DNA of 64,000 bases. Source: an uncultured archaeon (GTDB taxonomy: Archaea > Asgardarchaeota > Thorarchaeia > Thorarchaeales > Thorarchaeaceae). Position numbers and translations under genes: made by a program. Of this stretch, positions 29,790 to 39,839 are shown piece after piece; the first letter of the stretch is position 1; each line of letters starts with the position of its first letter. The stretch is from NCBI GenBank assembly GCA_964558645.1, contig CAZLEV010000008.1, forward strand, positions 102,831 to 166,830. Direction: 5' to 3'. The notes below the pieces were generated by a model. It worked only from the letters and a program-made list of their open reading frames with translations, searched no databases and was not told where the DNA came from.

Positions 29790-32687
29790 ATGACGGCAAG
29801 ATACGAAACTGCAATGGAGCCCGATGACGAGTTCGACGGTCCAAAGTCAATCGTCGTTCAGGGCGGCTCTGAGCACAATCTCAAGGGCATCGATGTTGAG
29901 ATTCCTCGCAACAAGTTCACAGTGGTCACAGGCGTCAGTGGTTCTGGCAAGAGCAGTCTAGTCTTTGACACGATCTTCGCGGAGGGGCAGAGACGCTTTG
30001 TTGAGTCACTGTCTCCATACGCGCGGCAGTTTCTTGGAATGACTGAGAAACCCAATGTGGACTATATGTCGGGCCTCTCACCATCTATCTCGATTGACCA
30101 GAAGAGTGTGAGTCGGAACCCACGAAGCACGGTGGGCACCATAACCGAGATCTACGACTTCCTCAGATTACTGTATGCCCGAGTTGGCGAACCGCACTGT
30201 CCTGACTGTGGCAAGAAGATAGAGCCGCAGACTGCCCAACAGATCGTTGACCGCGTTCTGATGATACCTGAAGGCACCCGCGTCATGATTCTTGCTCCTA
30301 TCGTACGGGGCCGCAAAGGTGAGTACAGGAAAGAGTTCCGCGAACTGGTCCAGAAGGGGTTTGTGAGAGCACGTGTGGATGGAGAGGTGATTGATATCGG
30401 GGAAGGCCTGTCGCTTGACAGGTACTTCGAGCATACGATAGAGGTCATCATAGATCGCGTTCGGCTATCGTCCTCACAACGCTCTCGAATCTCCGAGGCT
30501 GTAGAGACCGCTCTCAAGATGGCTGAAGGTGTGGTGACCATCGTAGCGGATGACAGAGAACTGACTCTGTCAGAGCAGTTTGCCTGTATTGACTGTGGTA
30601 TCAGCCTTCCCGAGATGGAACCGCGCATCTTCTCGTGGAATACCCCACAGGGGGCATGCCCGAACTGTACTGGTATCGGTGTGATTCGGGAGTTCGACCC
30701 GGAGCTGTTCATAGAGGATCCTGAACTTCCACTGAAGGACGGTGCCATCAAGACAGACAAATGGCTTCTGAAGCGGAGTATCACGAAGAAGCTGGCTGAG
30801 AGATACGGCTTCTCACTTGATACGAAGTGGAAGGATCTCACTGACGAACAGAAACGTGTACTCATGCACGGGAGTGGCGATGAAACCTTTAAACTGACAT
30901 GGACAAACAAGAATCCCGATAGCGAGGTACAGTGGGAGGGACGATTCGAGCGCGCCTTTGAGGGCTTCGTGTCACGAGCCAAACGAGTCTACAAGAAGAC
31001 AAAGTCAAGTAGCCGTCGGAGAGATTTGGAACAGCTCATGTCGTCGCATCCCTGCCCCGTCTGTAACGGGGGTCGGCTTCGGCCGGTCTCCCAGGCTGTG
31101 ACTTTCAATGGATGCTCCATCGTTGAACTCGACCAGATGTCCATTAAGCATCTCAGGGAGTTCTTCGACAATGCTGACATTGATGCGCGACATGAACCTG
31201 TTGCCCGTCCCATATTGAGCGAGATTATGGGTCGCATTGGTTTCTTGGAGGAGGTCGGTCTTGAGTACCTGACCCTTGATCGCCTTGCACCATCGCTGGC
31301 TGGAGGAGAGGCCCAGCGAATTCGTTTGGCCAGTCAGATTGGGTCTGATCTCGTGGGTGTCACCTATGTGTGTGATGAGCCATCTATTGGACTGCATGCT
31401 CGCGACAACAAGCGTCTTCTCAATTCACTGGTGAAGCTGCGAGACCTTGGGAATACAGTCATTGTTGTGGAACACGATGAGGAGACCATCCGCTCGGCTG
31501 ACCATATCGTTGACCTTGGACCTGGAGCAGGGTCTGAGGGCGGTGAAGTTGTGGTTTCAGGCACTCTGGATGATGTTCTCGAGTCTGAAACCTCGATAAC
31601 AGGTCGGTTTCTAAGGGGTGATGATAGTATCCCCATACCGGTTCAAAGACGGACACCGAACGGCAGGTTCCTTGAGATTAGGGGTGCTAGACATCACAAT
31701 CTGAAGTCCATCGATGTCACGATTCCATTGGGGCTCTTCATAGCAGTGGCTGGTGTGAGCGGAAGCGGTAAGAGTAGTCTGGTTGTCGAGACCTTGCAGC
31801 GGGAGCTCGCGCGGCGGTTCCACAATGCTCAGGAGAAGCCGGGTTCCCATGATGAGATTATCGGGGCAGACCTGCTCGACAAGGTTATTGTCATCGACCA
31901 GAGTCCGATCGGAAGAACTCCTCGAAGTAATCCCGCCACATACACTGGCCTATGGACGCCACTGAGAGAGCTCTTTGCGAGTTTACCCGAGTCCAAGATT
32001 CGCGGTTACAAGAAGGGGCGATTTAGCTTCAACACGAAGAGCGGCCGATGTCACAAGTGTAAGGGTGCCGGGGTGGAGACCATCGAGATGCAGTTCCTAC
32101 CTCCTGTTGAGGTCACTTGTACTGAGTGCAAGGGTAGGCGGTATGACCGTGAGACCCTACAAGTGCGATACAAGGGGAAGAACATAGCGGATGTCCTCGA
32201 CATGCGGATTGATGAGGCACTCAAGTTCTTCGAAGGTATTGGTCCAGTTGAGAGGCGCCTCCAGACACTGCATGATGTGGGTATGGGTTATGTGAAACTT
32301 GGGCAGCCTGCCACAACCCTTAGCGGAGGGGAAGCCCAGCGGATCAAGCTTAGTAAGTTTCTCTCTCGACCCGCCACAGGACAGACGCTGATTATGCTTG
32401 ACGAGCCCACTACGGGACTTCACTTTTCGGATATCAAGAAGCTTCTCGAGGTACTCCACAGGCTTGTAGACTTGGGGAATACGATACTCGTCATAGAGCA
32501 TCAGCTTGATGTTGTCAAGACGGCGGACTGGGTTATCGATCTTGGGCCGGAGGGTGGTGAGGAAGGTGGATACCTTGTCGCCGAGGGATCGCCAGAAGAC
32601 ATTGCATCGAATAAGAAGTCCTACACCGGCAAGTATCTTCGACCACTTCTCGGGCTTGATGGTGAATGTGGAGGGAAGGGCAAATGA
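29790..32687 (+). CDS. uvrA: Excinuclease ABC subunit A, copy 1
   Basis: Two ABC modules (GVSGSGKSS twice), EGQRRFVES, Zn fingers, [16 protein letters not shown]. Confidence 0.97.
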   Translation: MTARYETAMEPDDEFDGPKSIVVQGGSEHNLKGIDVEIPRNKFTVVTGVSGSGKSSLVFDTIFAEGQRRFVESLSPYARQFLGMTEKPNVDYMSGLSPSISIDQKSVSRNPRSTVGTITEIYDFLRLLYARVGEPHCPDCGKKIEPQTAQQIVDRVLMIPEGTRVMILAPIVRGRKGEYRKEFRELVQKGFVRARVDGEVIDIGEGLSLDRYFEHTIEVIIDRVRLSSSQRSRISEAVETALKMAEGVVTIVADDRELTLSEQFACIDCGISLPEMEPRIFSWNTPQGACPNCTGIGVIREFDPELFIEDPELPLKDGAIKTDKWLLKRSITKKLAERYGFSLDTKWKDLTDEQKRVLMHGSGDETFKLTWTNKNPDSEVQWEGRFERAFEGFVSRAKRVYKKTKSSSRRRDLEQLMSSHPCPVCNGGRLRPVSQAVTFNGCSIVELDQMSIKHLREFFDNADIDARHEPVARPILSEIMGRIGFLEEVGLEYLTLDRLAPSLAGGEAQRIRLASQIGSDLVGVTYVCDEPSIGLHARDNKRLLNSLVKLRDLGNTVIVVEHDEETIRSADHIVDLGPGAGSEGGEVVVSGTLDDVLESETSITGRFLRGDDSIPIPVQRRTPNGRFLEIRGARHHNLKSIDVTIPLGLFIAVAGVSGSGKSSLVVETLQRELARRFHNAQEKPGSHDEIIGADLLDKVIVIDQSPIGRTPRSNPATYTGLWTPLRELFASLPESKIRGYKKGRFSFNTKSGRCHKCKGAGVETIEMQFLPPVEVTCTECKGRRYDRETLQVRYKGKNIADVLDMRIDEALKFFEGIGPVERRLQTLHDVGMGYVKLGQPATTLSGGEAQRIKLSKFLSRPATGQTLIMLDEPTTGLHFSDIKKLLEVLHRLVDLGNTILVIEHQLDVVKTADWVIDLGPEGGEEGGYLVAEGSPEDIASNKKSYTGKYLRPLLGLDGECGGKGK

Positions 32688-35539
32688 CTGGTCAGATCCG
32701 AGTGCGAAAAGCAGAGGAGCACAATCTGAAGAAGATTGATGTTGATATTCCTCGAGATCGCCTTGTTGTCGTGACTGGTCCATCAGGTAGCGGGAAATCT
32801 ACACTGGTCTTTGATACCATATTTGCGGAAGGTCAACGACGCTACGTAGAGTCATTGAGCTCCTACGCTCGCCGTTTCCTTGGTCGGCTGGATAAGCCCA
32901 AGGTTGAGAGGATCACAGGCCTTCCCCCGGCAATCTCGATTGAACAAAAGGGTCGCACGAAGAATCCACGGAGCACTGTAGCCACAAGCACGGAGATTCA
33001 GGACTATCTTCGACTCCTCTATGCAAACATTGGCATCCCCCATTGCATGGAATGCGGTGAAGAGATGGAGCAGCTCACTGCCGAGTCTGCAGCCAGATTG
33101 CTACTCGACGAGAATGGTGGCCAGCGAGTGCTTATCATGGCTCCTGTAGTTCGTGACGAAATAGGGAGACATGAGGAAACATTCCAGAAGCTGCGCGAGA
33201 AAGGATTTGTCCGAGTCCGAGTTGATGGCGAGATTCTTGACATCGAAGGTGTTGACATAGACGGACGAATGAAACATAACATTGACGTTGTTGTAGATCG
33301 GCTTGAGGTACGCCACAAGCGCCGTGAGCGGGTTGTTGGCTCCCTGGAGACCGCTCTCGAGATGGGGAACGGTACTGCTCTGGTTGTTCGTGAAGGGTCA
33401 GACGATTTGGTGTTTGCTGAACAGCTGATGTGCCCCCATTGCGGCGTGCAGTATGACAAGCTGACTCCCAAGTCTTTCTCCTACAACCGACCTGACGGTG
33501 CCTGTCCCGAGTGCAACGGTCTCGGTGTGACGATGGATATCCATCCTGATCTGGTCGTTCCTGATGAGACCGAGCCGACAGTCAGTATCTTCAAACGAGC
33601 TTTCCGAAACAGGAAGTGGTTGATGCGGAGAGCAAAAGCTTTGGCTGACCAACTTGACTTCTCACTGGATTCTCCCTGGAACGAACTCCCCCCTTCGACT
33701 CGTGATATCCTCCTTCTAGGAAAACCTGAGATAGAACTCCACTATCAAACTGAGAGCGATACATCAGAATGGGAAGTCAAGCGGAAATGGAGAGGTCTGG
33801 TCGCCTGGCTCAGAGGAGTCTTTGAGAAGGGCAGAGGCAGTGAGAAGCAATGGTACCAGCGTCTCTCGCAGTACATAGCCGGGGAATTTGCCAAGAAAAT
33901 GACCTGTGCTTCATGCGGTGGCAGGAAGCTGAAACCGGTCAGTCTCAGTGTGACTGTAGGTGGCAAAGCGATAGATGAAGTCACATCTATGACGATTGAA
34001 CAGGCTCTCGAGTTCTTCGAGAGACTCGAGCTGACAGACCGGGACAGGAAGATTGCTGAACTCGTCCTCAAAGAGATTATATCCCGACTACGGTTCATGG
34101 TTTCAGTGGGGCTTGAGTATCTCAACTTGGACCGACTATCGATGACTCTATCCGGTGGAGAGAGCCAAAGAATAAGACTCGCCACCCAAATTGGTTCAGC
34201 ATTGACAGGCGTACTCTATTGCTTGGACGAACCTTCTATTGGGCTTCATCCGCGAGACATCAATCGGTTGATAGACACCTTCTACAGGCTTCGAAGCCTG
34301 GGAAATACAGTCCTTGTAATTGAACACGACCGAGATACCATCGAAGCTGCTGACCATATCATAGACCTAGGGCCGTTGGCCGGAGTCCATGGGGGTGAGA
34401 TTGTTGCACAGGGGCCTCCGAAACAGGTTCTGTCAGATCCGAAATCCCTCACAGCTCAGTATCTCGCAGGGCAGAAGAAGATTCCAATTCCGAAGAAGCG
34501 TCGAAAGGGAAATGGTAAGATGATTGTTCTGCACGGCGTGAGAACGAACAACCTGCAAGATATTGACATCACGTTTCCACTGGGTAAGTTCGTCGTTGTC
34601 TCCGGCGTGAGTGGCAGCGGGAAGAGCAGCATGGTTGACCAGACTCTCTACCGGGCTCTAGCGAGAGAGATCAATGGTTCGAACGTGACACCAGGACCGT
34701 ACGATTCAATTGAGGGCGTTGAGAACATCGACAGACTTGTGCTTGTAGACCAGAGCCCCATCGGTCGGACTCCTCGATCTAATCCCGCCACGTACACGAA
34801 GGTCTTTGATTCTATCCGTGACCTTTTCTCTGAGATGCCTGAGGCAAAGAGACGAGGCTATACACCGGGTCGATTCAGCTTCAACACTCGCGCGGGCAGA
34901 TGTGCGAAATGCAAAGGAAGCGGAACGATTCGGGTTGAGATGCATTTTATGAGCGATGTCTACATGACTTGTGACGTTTGTGAAGGGAAGCGTTTCGAGC
35001 GAGAGACCTTAGAGGTAAGGTACAAAGGCAAGAATATCACCGATGTATTGAATCTGACAATCGACGAGGCCTTGGAGTTCTTTTCTGACATTCCGAAGAT
35101 TGCAGACAAGCTCGAGACTCTGAGAGACGTGGGACTCGGATATCTTCAGTTAGGGCAGCCAGCCACCACTCTGAGCGGAGGAGAGGCTCAGCGCATGAAA
35201 CTAGCCTCAGAGTTATCGCGCAGAAGTACGGGAAACACGCTTTACATCCTCGACGAGCCAACAACTGGTCTGGCAGCATCAGATGTCCATGTGCTGTTGA
35301 AGGTCATTGATAGGCTGGTATCCATGGGCAACACGGTCATCACAATCGAACACAATTTGGAAGTGATCAAGACCGCAGACTGGGTGATTGACCTAGGTCC
35401 AGAAGGCGGTTCTGCTGGTGGCCAACTTGTGGCTGCTGGTACCCCAGAGGACATATGTGATGTATGGAATTCCTACACCGGCAATCACCTGAGATCCGTG
35501 CTCTATGCACATGATGCAATCTACGGTTCGATCTCCTAG
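32684..35539 (+). CDS. uvrA: Excinuclease ABC subunit A, copy 2 (ATGA overlap with copy 1)
   Basis: [42 protein letters not shown] and LSGGEAQR motifs. Confidence 0.97.
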   Translation: MTGQIRVRKAEEHNLKKIDVDIPRDRLVVVTGPSGSGKSTLVFDTIFAEGQRRYVESLSSYARRFLGRLDKPKVERITGLPPAISIEQKGRTKNPRSTVATSTEIQDYLRLLYANIGIPHCMECGEEMEQLTAESAARLLLDENGGQRVLIMAPVVRDEIGRHEETFQKLREKGFVRVRVDGEILDIEGVDIDGRMKHNIDVVVDRLEVRHKRRERVVGSLETALEMGNGTALVVREGSDDLVFAEQLMCPHCGVQYDKLTPKSFSYNRPDGACPECNGLGVTMDIHPDLVVPDETEPTVSIFKRAFRNRKWLMRRAKALADQLDFSLDSPWNELPPSTRDILLLGKPEIELHYQTESDTSEWEVKRKWRGLVAWLRGVFEKGRGSEKQWYQRLSQYIAGEFAKKMTCASCGGRKLKPVSLSVTVGGKAIDEVTSMTIEQALEFFERLELTDRDRKIAELVLKEIISRLRFMVSVGLEYLNLDRLSMTLSGGESQRIRLATQIGSALTGVLYCLDEPSIGLHPRDINRLIDTFYRLRSLGNTVLVIEHDRDTIEAADHIIDLGPLAGVHGGEIVAQGPPKQVLSDPKSLTAQYLAGQKKIPIPKKRRKGNGKMIVLHGVRTNNLQDIDITFPLGKFVVVSGVSGSGKSSMVDQTLYRALAREINGSNVTPGPYDSIEGVENIDRLVLVDQSPIGRTPRSNPATYTKVFDSIRDLFSEMPEAKRRGYTPGRFSFNTRAGRCAKCKGSGTIRVEMHFMSDVYMTCDVCEGKRFERETLEVRYKGKNITDVLNLTIDEALEFFSDIPKIADKLETLRDVGLGYLQLGQPATTLSGGEAQRMKLASELSRRSTGNTLYILDEPTTGLAASDVHVLLKVIDRLVSMGNTVITIEHNLEVIKTADWVIDLGPEGGSAGGQLVAAGTPEDICDVWNSYTGNHLRSVLYAHDAIYGSIS

Positions 35540-35584
35540 ACTCGTCCATCGAAGACCTCAAGTTCTTGAGCGCTTTTCACAGGA

Positions 35585-37405
35585 GTGAGAGATTTGTCAG
35601 AAATTGAGAAACTTGTCAACGATCTTCCCGCCTCACCGGGTGTCTACATATGGAAGGATAGTGACGGCAATATTCTTTACATCGGCAAGTCGAAAGAGCT
35701 TCGAAAACGCGTTCAGTCTTATCTTCGTCTGAGTGGTCTTGATAGAAGACGATGGGAGATGATGCAGAGCGCCAGTGACCTTGAGACCATCCTGACAAAC
35801 ACGGAGAAAGAGGCCCTGCTTCTAGAGGCCACCCTCATACAGAAGCACAGACCGAAGTACAATATATCGCTCAAGGATGACAGAAGACACGCGTGGATTA
35901 GAGTGGATCTGAACTCCGAGATTCCGACGTTCAGTGTAACACGGGAAGTGGAGAAGGATGGTGCTTCGTACTACGGTCCCTACGGGAGCACGAAGCGTGT
36001 GGAGCGATTTCTGGATACCCTCAGAAAGCACATCCCCATTGCGATGTGCACAGGTCCTGATAGTGTCAGACGAGAGTGTATGGACTTTCATCTCGGGCGA
36101 TGTGTTGGTCCTTGTAAGGAACGTGTACCTCCTGAGGAATACAGGTCTCTTGTTGAGCAGATGTGTCTGTATCTTGAGGGCGAACAAGAGAAGCTTGTTT
36201 CCCTCTTGAACCAGAAGATGACCCGAGCGGCAAAGAATCTGGAGTATGAGAAGGCAGCGGAGATCCGTGACAGGATTCGAGACATCGAGATTCTCATGCG
36301 CCGGCAAAGAGTTGTCGAGGCCAATGGCATAAGCCGCGATGCACTTGGTATGTCAAGAACCGAACAAGCCTCGCTAATCGAGGTCTTGGTCGTCCGGGGC
36401 GGCCGGTTGATTGGTCATGATTCGTTCTACTTCGAGATTGACATGGAAACCTCTGACACAGAGATTCTCACTACGTTTATCGAGCAGTTCTACTTCACGC
36501 TCCCACAGCTTCCCGAAGAGATTCTTCTTCCCATAGACATCCCTGAAAGAGAACAACTTGCTGAGTGGCTGGGTGAGAATGTAGACACGCCTGTGAGAAT
36601 CCTAGTCCCACAGAAGGGACAAGAAATGGATCTCATAGAGATGGCGAACAGAAATGCTTACCGGGCCCTGAGAAAGATCCTTATTCTCGGAAACAGTGAA
36701 GAGGAGATAGTCCATGATGGCGTGAAGGAGCTCAAGATGGCTCTTGACCTTCGACATGCCCCGATGCACATCGAGGGGTTTGACATCGCAAATATCCAAG
36801 GAACTGACCCAACTGGGTCCTGTGTTGTATTCATGAACGGCGAACCGGACAACAGCCAATATCGGATGTTCCGCATTCGCGTGAAAGACACCCCCGACGA
36901 CTATGCCATGATGCATGAAGTTGTCTATCGGAGATACCGCGGTGTCCTTGAGCGCGGGAAGAAACTGCCTGACCTGATTCTAGTAGACGGTGGCAAGGGG
37001 CAGTTGAATGTCGCACTCCGAGCTCTCCAGGAGCTGGGGTTGGACTATGTACCGCTGGCGTCCATCGCGAAACAAGAAGAGATTCTCTTCACCAAAGAGC
37101 ATGAGGAGGGCATAGCTCTTGATTTTGATTCGGGAGCACTTCACCTAGTTCAGCAAGTCCGAGATGAGGCACATCGTTTTGCACAGAGGTACCATCACAA
37201 GCTTCGAGAGAAGAGATTTACAGGATCCATTCTCGAGGAGGCACCGGGAATCGGTCCCAAGAGACGTGCCGCTCTACTCAGCTTCTTCGGGAGTTATGAC
37301 AGGGTAAGACAGGCCTCTATGGATGAGCTGGCTGCGGTAGATGGAATGACTGAGAAGACTGCACGCGGCCTAAGAGAATGGTTGGACACCAAGGATCCTC
37401 TGTAG
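35585..37405 (+). CDS. uvrC: Excinuclease ABC subunit C
   Basis: GIY-YIG (PGVY...YIGK), EGFDI, DGGKGQL, RDEAHRFA, HhH GIGPKR. Confidence 0.97.
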   Translation: MRDLSEIEKLVNDLPASPGVYIWKDSDGNILYIGKSKELRKRVQSYLRLSGLDRRRWEMMQSASDLETILTNTEKEALLLEATLIQKHRPKYNISLKDDRRHAWIRVDLNSEIPTFSVTREVEKDGASYYGPYGSTKRVERFLDTLRKHIPIAMCTGPDSVRRECMDFHLGRCVGPCKERVPPEEYRSLVEQMCLYLEGEQEKLVSLLNQKMTRAAKNLEYEKAAEIRDRIRDIEILMRRQRVVEANGISRDALGMSRTEQASLIEVLVVRGGRLIGHDSFYFEIDMETSDTEILTTFIEQFYFTLPQLPEEILLPIDIPEREQLAEWLGENVDTPVRILVPQKGQEMDLIEMANRNAYRALRKILILGNSEEEIVHDGVKELKMALDLRHAPMHIEGFDIANIQGTDPTGSCVVFMNGEPDNSQYRMFRIRVKDTPDDYAMMHEVVYRRYRGVLERGKKLPDLILVDGGKGQLNVALRALQELGLDYVPLASIAKQEEILFTKEHEEGIALDFDSGALHLVQQVRDEAHRFAQRYHHKLREKRFTGSILEEAPGIGPKRRAALLSFFGSYDRVRQASMDELAAVDGMTEKTARGLREWLDTKDPL

Positions 37406-37548
37406 CCGGGACGAGGGCTATCTTCGAAGAATCCACGCCCCAGAGAAGAGCTAAGGCGTGAACAACTCGTCATGAGCCCAGACCAGTGAGATGATTTGAC
37501 ACCAGAATCGATGCAACATCAGGATCCTGCAATCCAATGACAGTAGCT

Positions 37549-38907
37549 TCATTGCTTCTCTTTTGCGAGTTGATCGAGCCTAGCTAACCTAATGCGTTGT
37601 TTTTTACTTCTCTTTCGTCCGTACAGTATGTATAGTAAGAGTCCGATAACTGCCAGCAATCCCCCGGAAAGCAGCGATTCCATGTTCAGAAAGGGAACCA
37701 GAATCAGACAAGTAACTACTCCCACTATCGGGAATAAGGGATAGAATCTCGCCTTGAAAGTTCCTGGAACGCTTAGCCCCTTGGTCCTTAGCAGAATGAC
37801 AGAGGCGTTCACAAATGCGAGACCGATTAGGTAGCCGAAATTTGACAGTCCAACCACGTAGATGACGTTTCCTGATGCAGCAAAGATGCTGACCAGAACT
37901 AGGGTCACCACCAAGGCAGGAATTGGCGTCTTGAATCTGGGACTAACCCTATCAAGCACGGTCGGGAAGCATCGATCACGTCCCAATGAGTAGGCCACTC
38001 TTGTCGCAGCTAAGAACGTGGCATTCAGTGCAGCGTAATTTGAAGCCGCCATGCCAGCCAGTCCCAGTGCAAAAGCACCTGGCCCGAGCATTATTCCATA
38101 GACGTATGCGATAGGAGTATAGGTGTCTTGGACGTCAGTATAGGGAACAACACCGACTATCACCAGTGATGCGGCCATATAGATTGCTGTTGCTATGAGC
38201 AATGTCAGAAGAATCGCTCGAGGGATATTCTTTGCTGGGTTCTTGACCTCTTCACCCACAGTGGTGATGAGTTCTATTCCTACGAAACTGATGTATAGAA
38301 AACTCACTGCCTCCATGAAGATGATTGGTGTAGTTCCGGGTTTGAAGAAGGGTTCAACATTAGCAGGTTGAACGAAGAAGAAACCAACGAATATGAATGA
38401 GAAGAGGACCATCACCTGGACGATATTCAGAAGCCCGAGGGTACGACTGACTCCCCCGATACTGATGACATTTGTTATGAAAGTGATAGCGATGACTGCT
38501 ATGGCAATCAGACCAATCGTTGCTTCTGTGCTTCCAGGAATGAAGACTGCGAGTGTATGAGCAACTCCGATTGCGTATACGCCACAGCCAACAAGACTGC
38601 CTATGAATAAGAACCAGCCGGTGAGAAACCCTGGAAAACCGCCGCAAGTATCATTCACATAGGTGTACCCTCCCCCCTGCTTAGGAATAGAAGCGGCAAG
38701 TTCTGAGTAGTTGACTGCTGAGAATAGGGTCATCAACCCCGTGATGAAGTAGGCGAGGATGATTGATGGTCCTATCATCCCTGCGGCAACTCCCGAAACC
38801 ACATATATCCCGCCGCCCAGTATAGCTCCAAGTCCGATATTTGTCGCCCCGGCTAGACCCAGACGTCTGTCAAATACCTCGGTTTCTTCGTTCGGTTCTT
38901 TGTGCAA
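37549..38907 (-). CDS. APC family amino acid permease
   Basis: GAILGGGIY, ELAASIP.QGGGY and EEVKNPAKNIPRA motifs; about 12 TM; start uncertain (ORF open to 38982). Confidence 0.92.
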   Translation of the reverse strand: MHKEPNEETEVFDRRLGLAGATNIGLGAILGGGIYVVSGVAAGMIGPSIILAYFITGLMTLFSAVNYSELAASIPKQGGGYTYVNDTCGGFPGFLTGWFLFIGSLVGCGVYAIGVAHTLAVFIPGSTEATIGLIAIAVIAITFITNVISIGGVSRTLGLLNIVQVMVLFSFIFVGFFFVQPANVEPFFKPGTTPIIFMEAVSFLYISFVGIELITTVGEEVKNPAKNIPRAILLTLLIATAIYMAASLVIVGVVPYTDVQDTYTPIAYVYGIMLGPGAFALGLAGMAASNYAALNATFLAATRVAYSLGRDRCFPTVLDRVSPRFKTPIPALVVTLVLVSIFAASGNVIYVVGLSNFGYLIGLAFVNASVILLRTKGLSVPGTFKARFYPLFPIVGVVTCLILVPFLNMESLLSGGLLAVIGLLLYILYGRKRSKKQRIRLARLDQLAKEKQ

Positions 38908-39167
38908 TTCAGATCGCCGCCAGTGGAATCTACGGGCACTGCTCTGTCCGAGTTTCGGATATGCTATTCTCCGAGCGGCCAAAGTGGTGCTTTTTGAAGG
39001 TTTTGCATTTGTCTGGGTGTGACACAGCAGCAGAACATAGCATGAAGTCGTCTGAAAGGCGAGAATCTGCCCGAATTAACCCGTACCCTGAAGTTTAAAT
39101 GCAAGACATCGGGGCATCTGCATAGATGGACCTCAGTAAGAGGTCTTGATGGTAGAGTGAGAAAACA

Positions 39168-39350
39168 ATGATTTGGAAAGTAACGGACGCTTGCACGGCC
39201 TGTGGGACTTGCGCTGATGTCTGCCCTGTCGACCCGACTCTGTACGTGATTGAAGATGTGGCAGTCTACGTGGTTGACCGCGAAGACGAATGCACAGAGT
39301 GTTACGCCTGCGTGGATAGCTGCCCCGAGGGTGCAATCGAAGAAGCATAG
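39168..39350 (+). CDS. 2[4Fe-4S] ferredoxin
   Basis: CTACGTCADVCP and CTECYACVDSCP. Confidence 0.93.
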   Translation: MIWKVTDACTACGTCADVCPVDPTLYVIEDVAVYVVDREDECTECYACVDSCPEGAIEEA

Positions 39351-39401
39351 ACTCATTGGGTTGCCTGCGCCTCAGCAGGATCGATAATCATTGCAGGAGT
39401 G

Positions 39402-39438
39402 GACGGGAGTATCCCCCATATTGGACGATACTCCTGTC
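39402..39438. terminator. Stem-loop between convergent genes
   Basis: GACGGGAGTATC pairs with GATACTCCTGTC (12 bp, one G-U). Confidence 0.5.
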
Positions 39439-39480
39439 TGCTAACATCTTTCCGTCATCTTTGAGAGTAAGGATACGGGT

Positions 39481-39738
39481 CTACTTCACCCTGTAGGGTT
39501 CGCCAAAGACTGAGTCAAAGAATTCTCGAAGTGATTCATCGACCAATACCGCTCTGATACTGGCAACATCATCTGTATGGGGATTATAACTACCACTCAC
39601 GAGCTCGATCTTGGTTTCATCTTCCATGAGAAGCATGGTCTTCTCTTCGTCAACTTCTTCATGCATATCGAAATGTTCCTTGACCCGGTTCATCATTTCT
39701 TTGTATTCTGTTGGATTCACCTTGTAGAACAGCTTCAT
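39481..39738 (-). CDS. Hypothetical protein (85 aa)
   Basis: Clean ORF with GGAGG upstream and globular composition. Confidence 0.75.
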   Translation of the reverse strand: MKLFYKVNPTEYKEMMNRVKEHFDMHEEVDEEKTMLLMEDETKIELVSGSYNPHTDDVASIRAVLVDESLREFFDSVFGEPYRVK

Positions 39739-39839
39739 CGTTCTTGGCCTCCGATTTCTCTCTACGGGCAGAAGCTATCAGAAGGTATAAGTGATTCGTG
39801 GCTTCTCTGATTCACCACAAAATAGAGGATTGAGCAAAA

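Noticed and set aside
30152-34185. Long antisense ORFs inside the uvrA genes (and similar ones in metG, mtnP and PCNA)
   Set aside because: These are shadow frames of strongly conserved genes with biased codon use.
24314-39438. Selenoprotein or SECIS reading of msrB and of the hairpin after the ferredoxin
   Set aside because: Both genes use Cys codons at all sites with no in-frame TGA. The hairpin fits a terminator between convergent genes.
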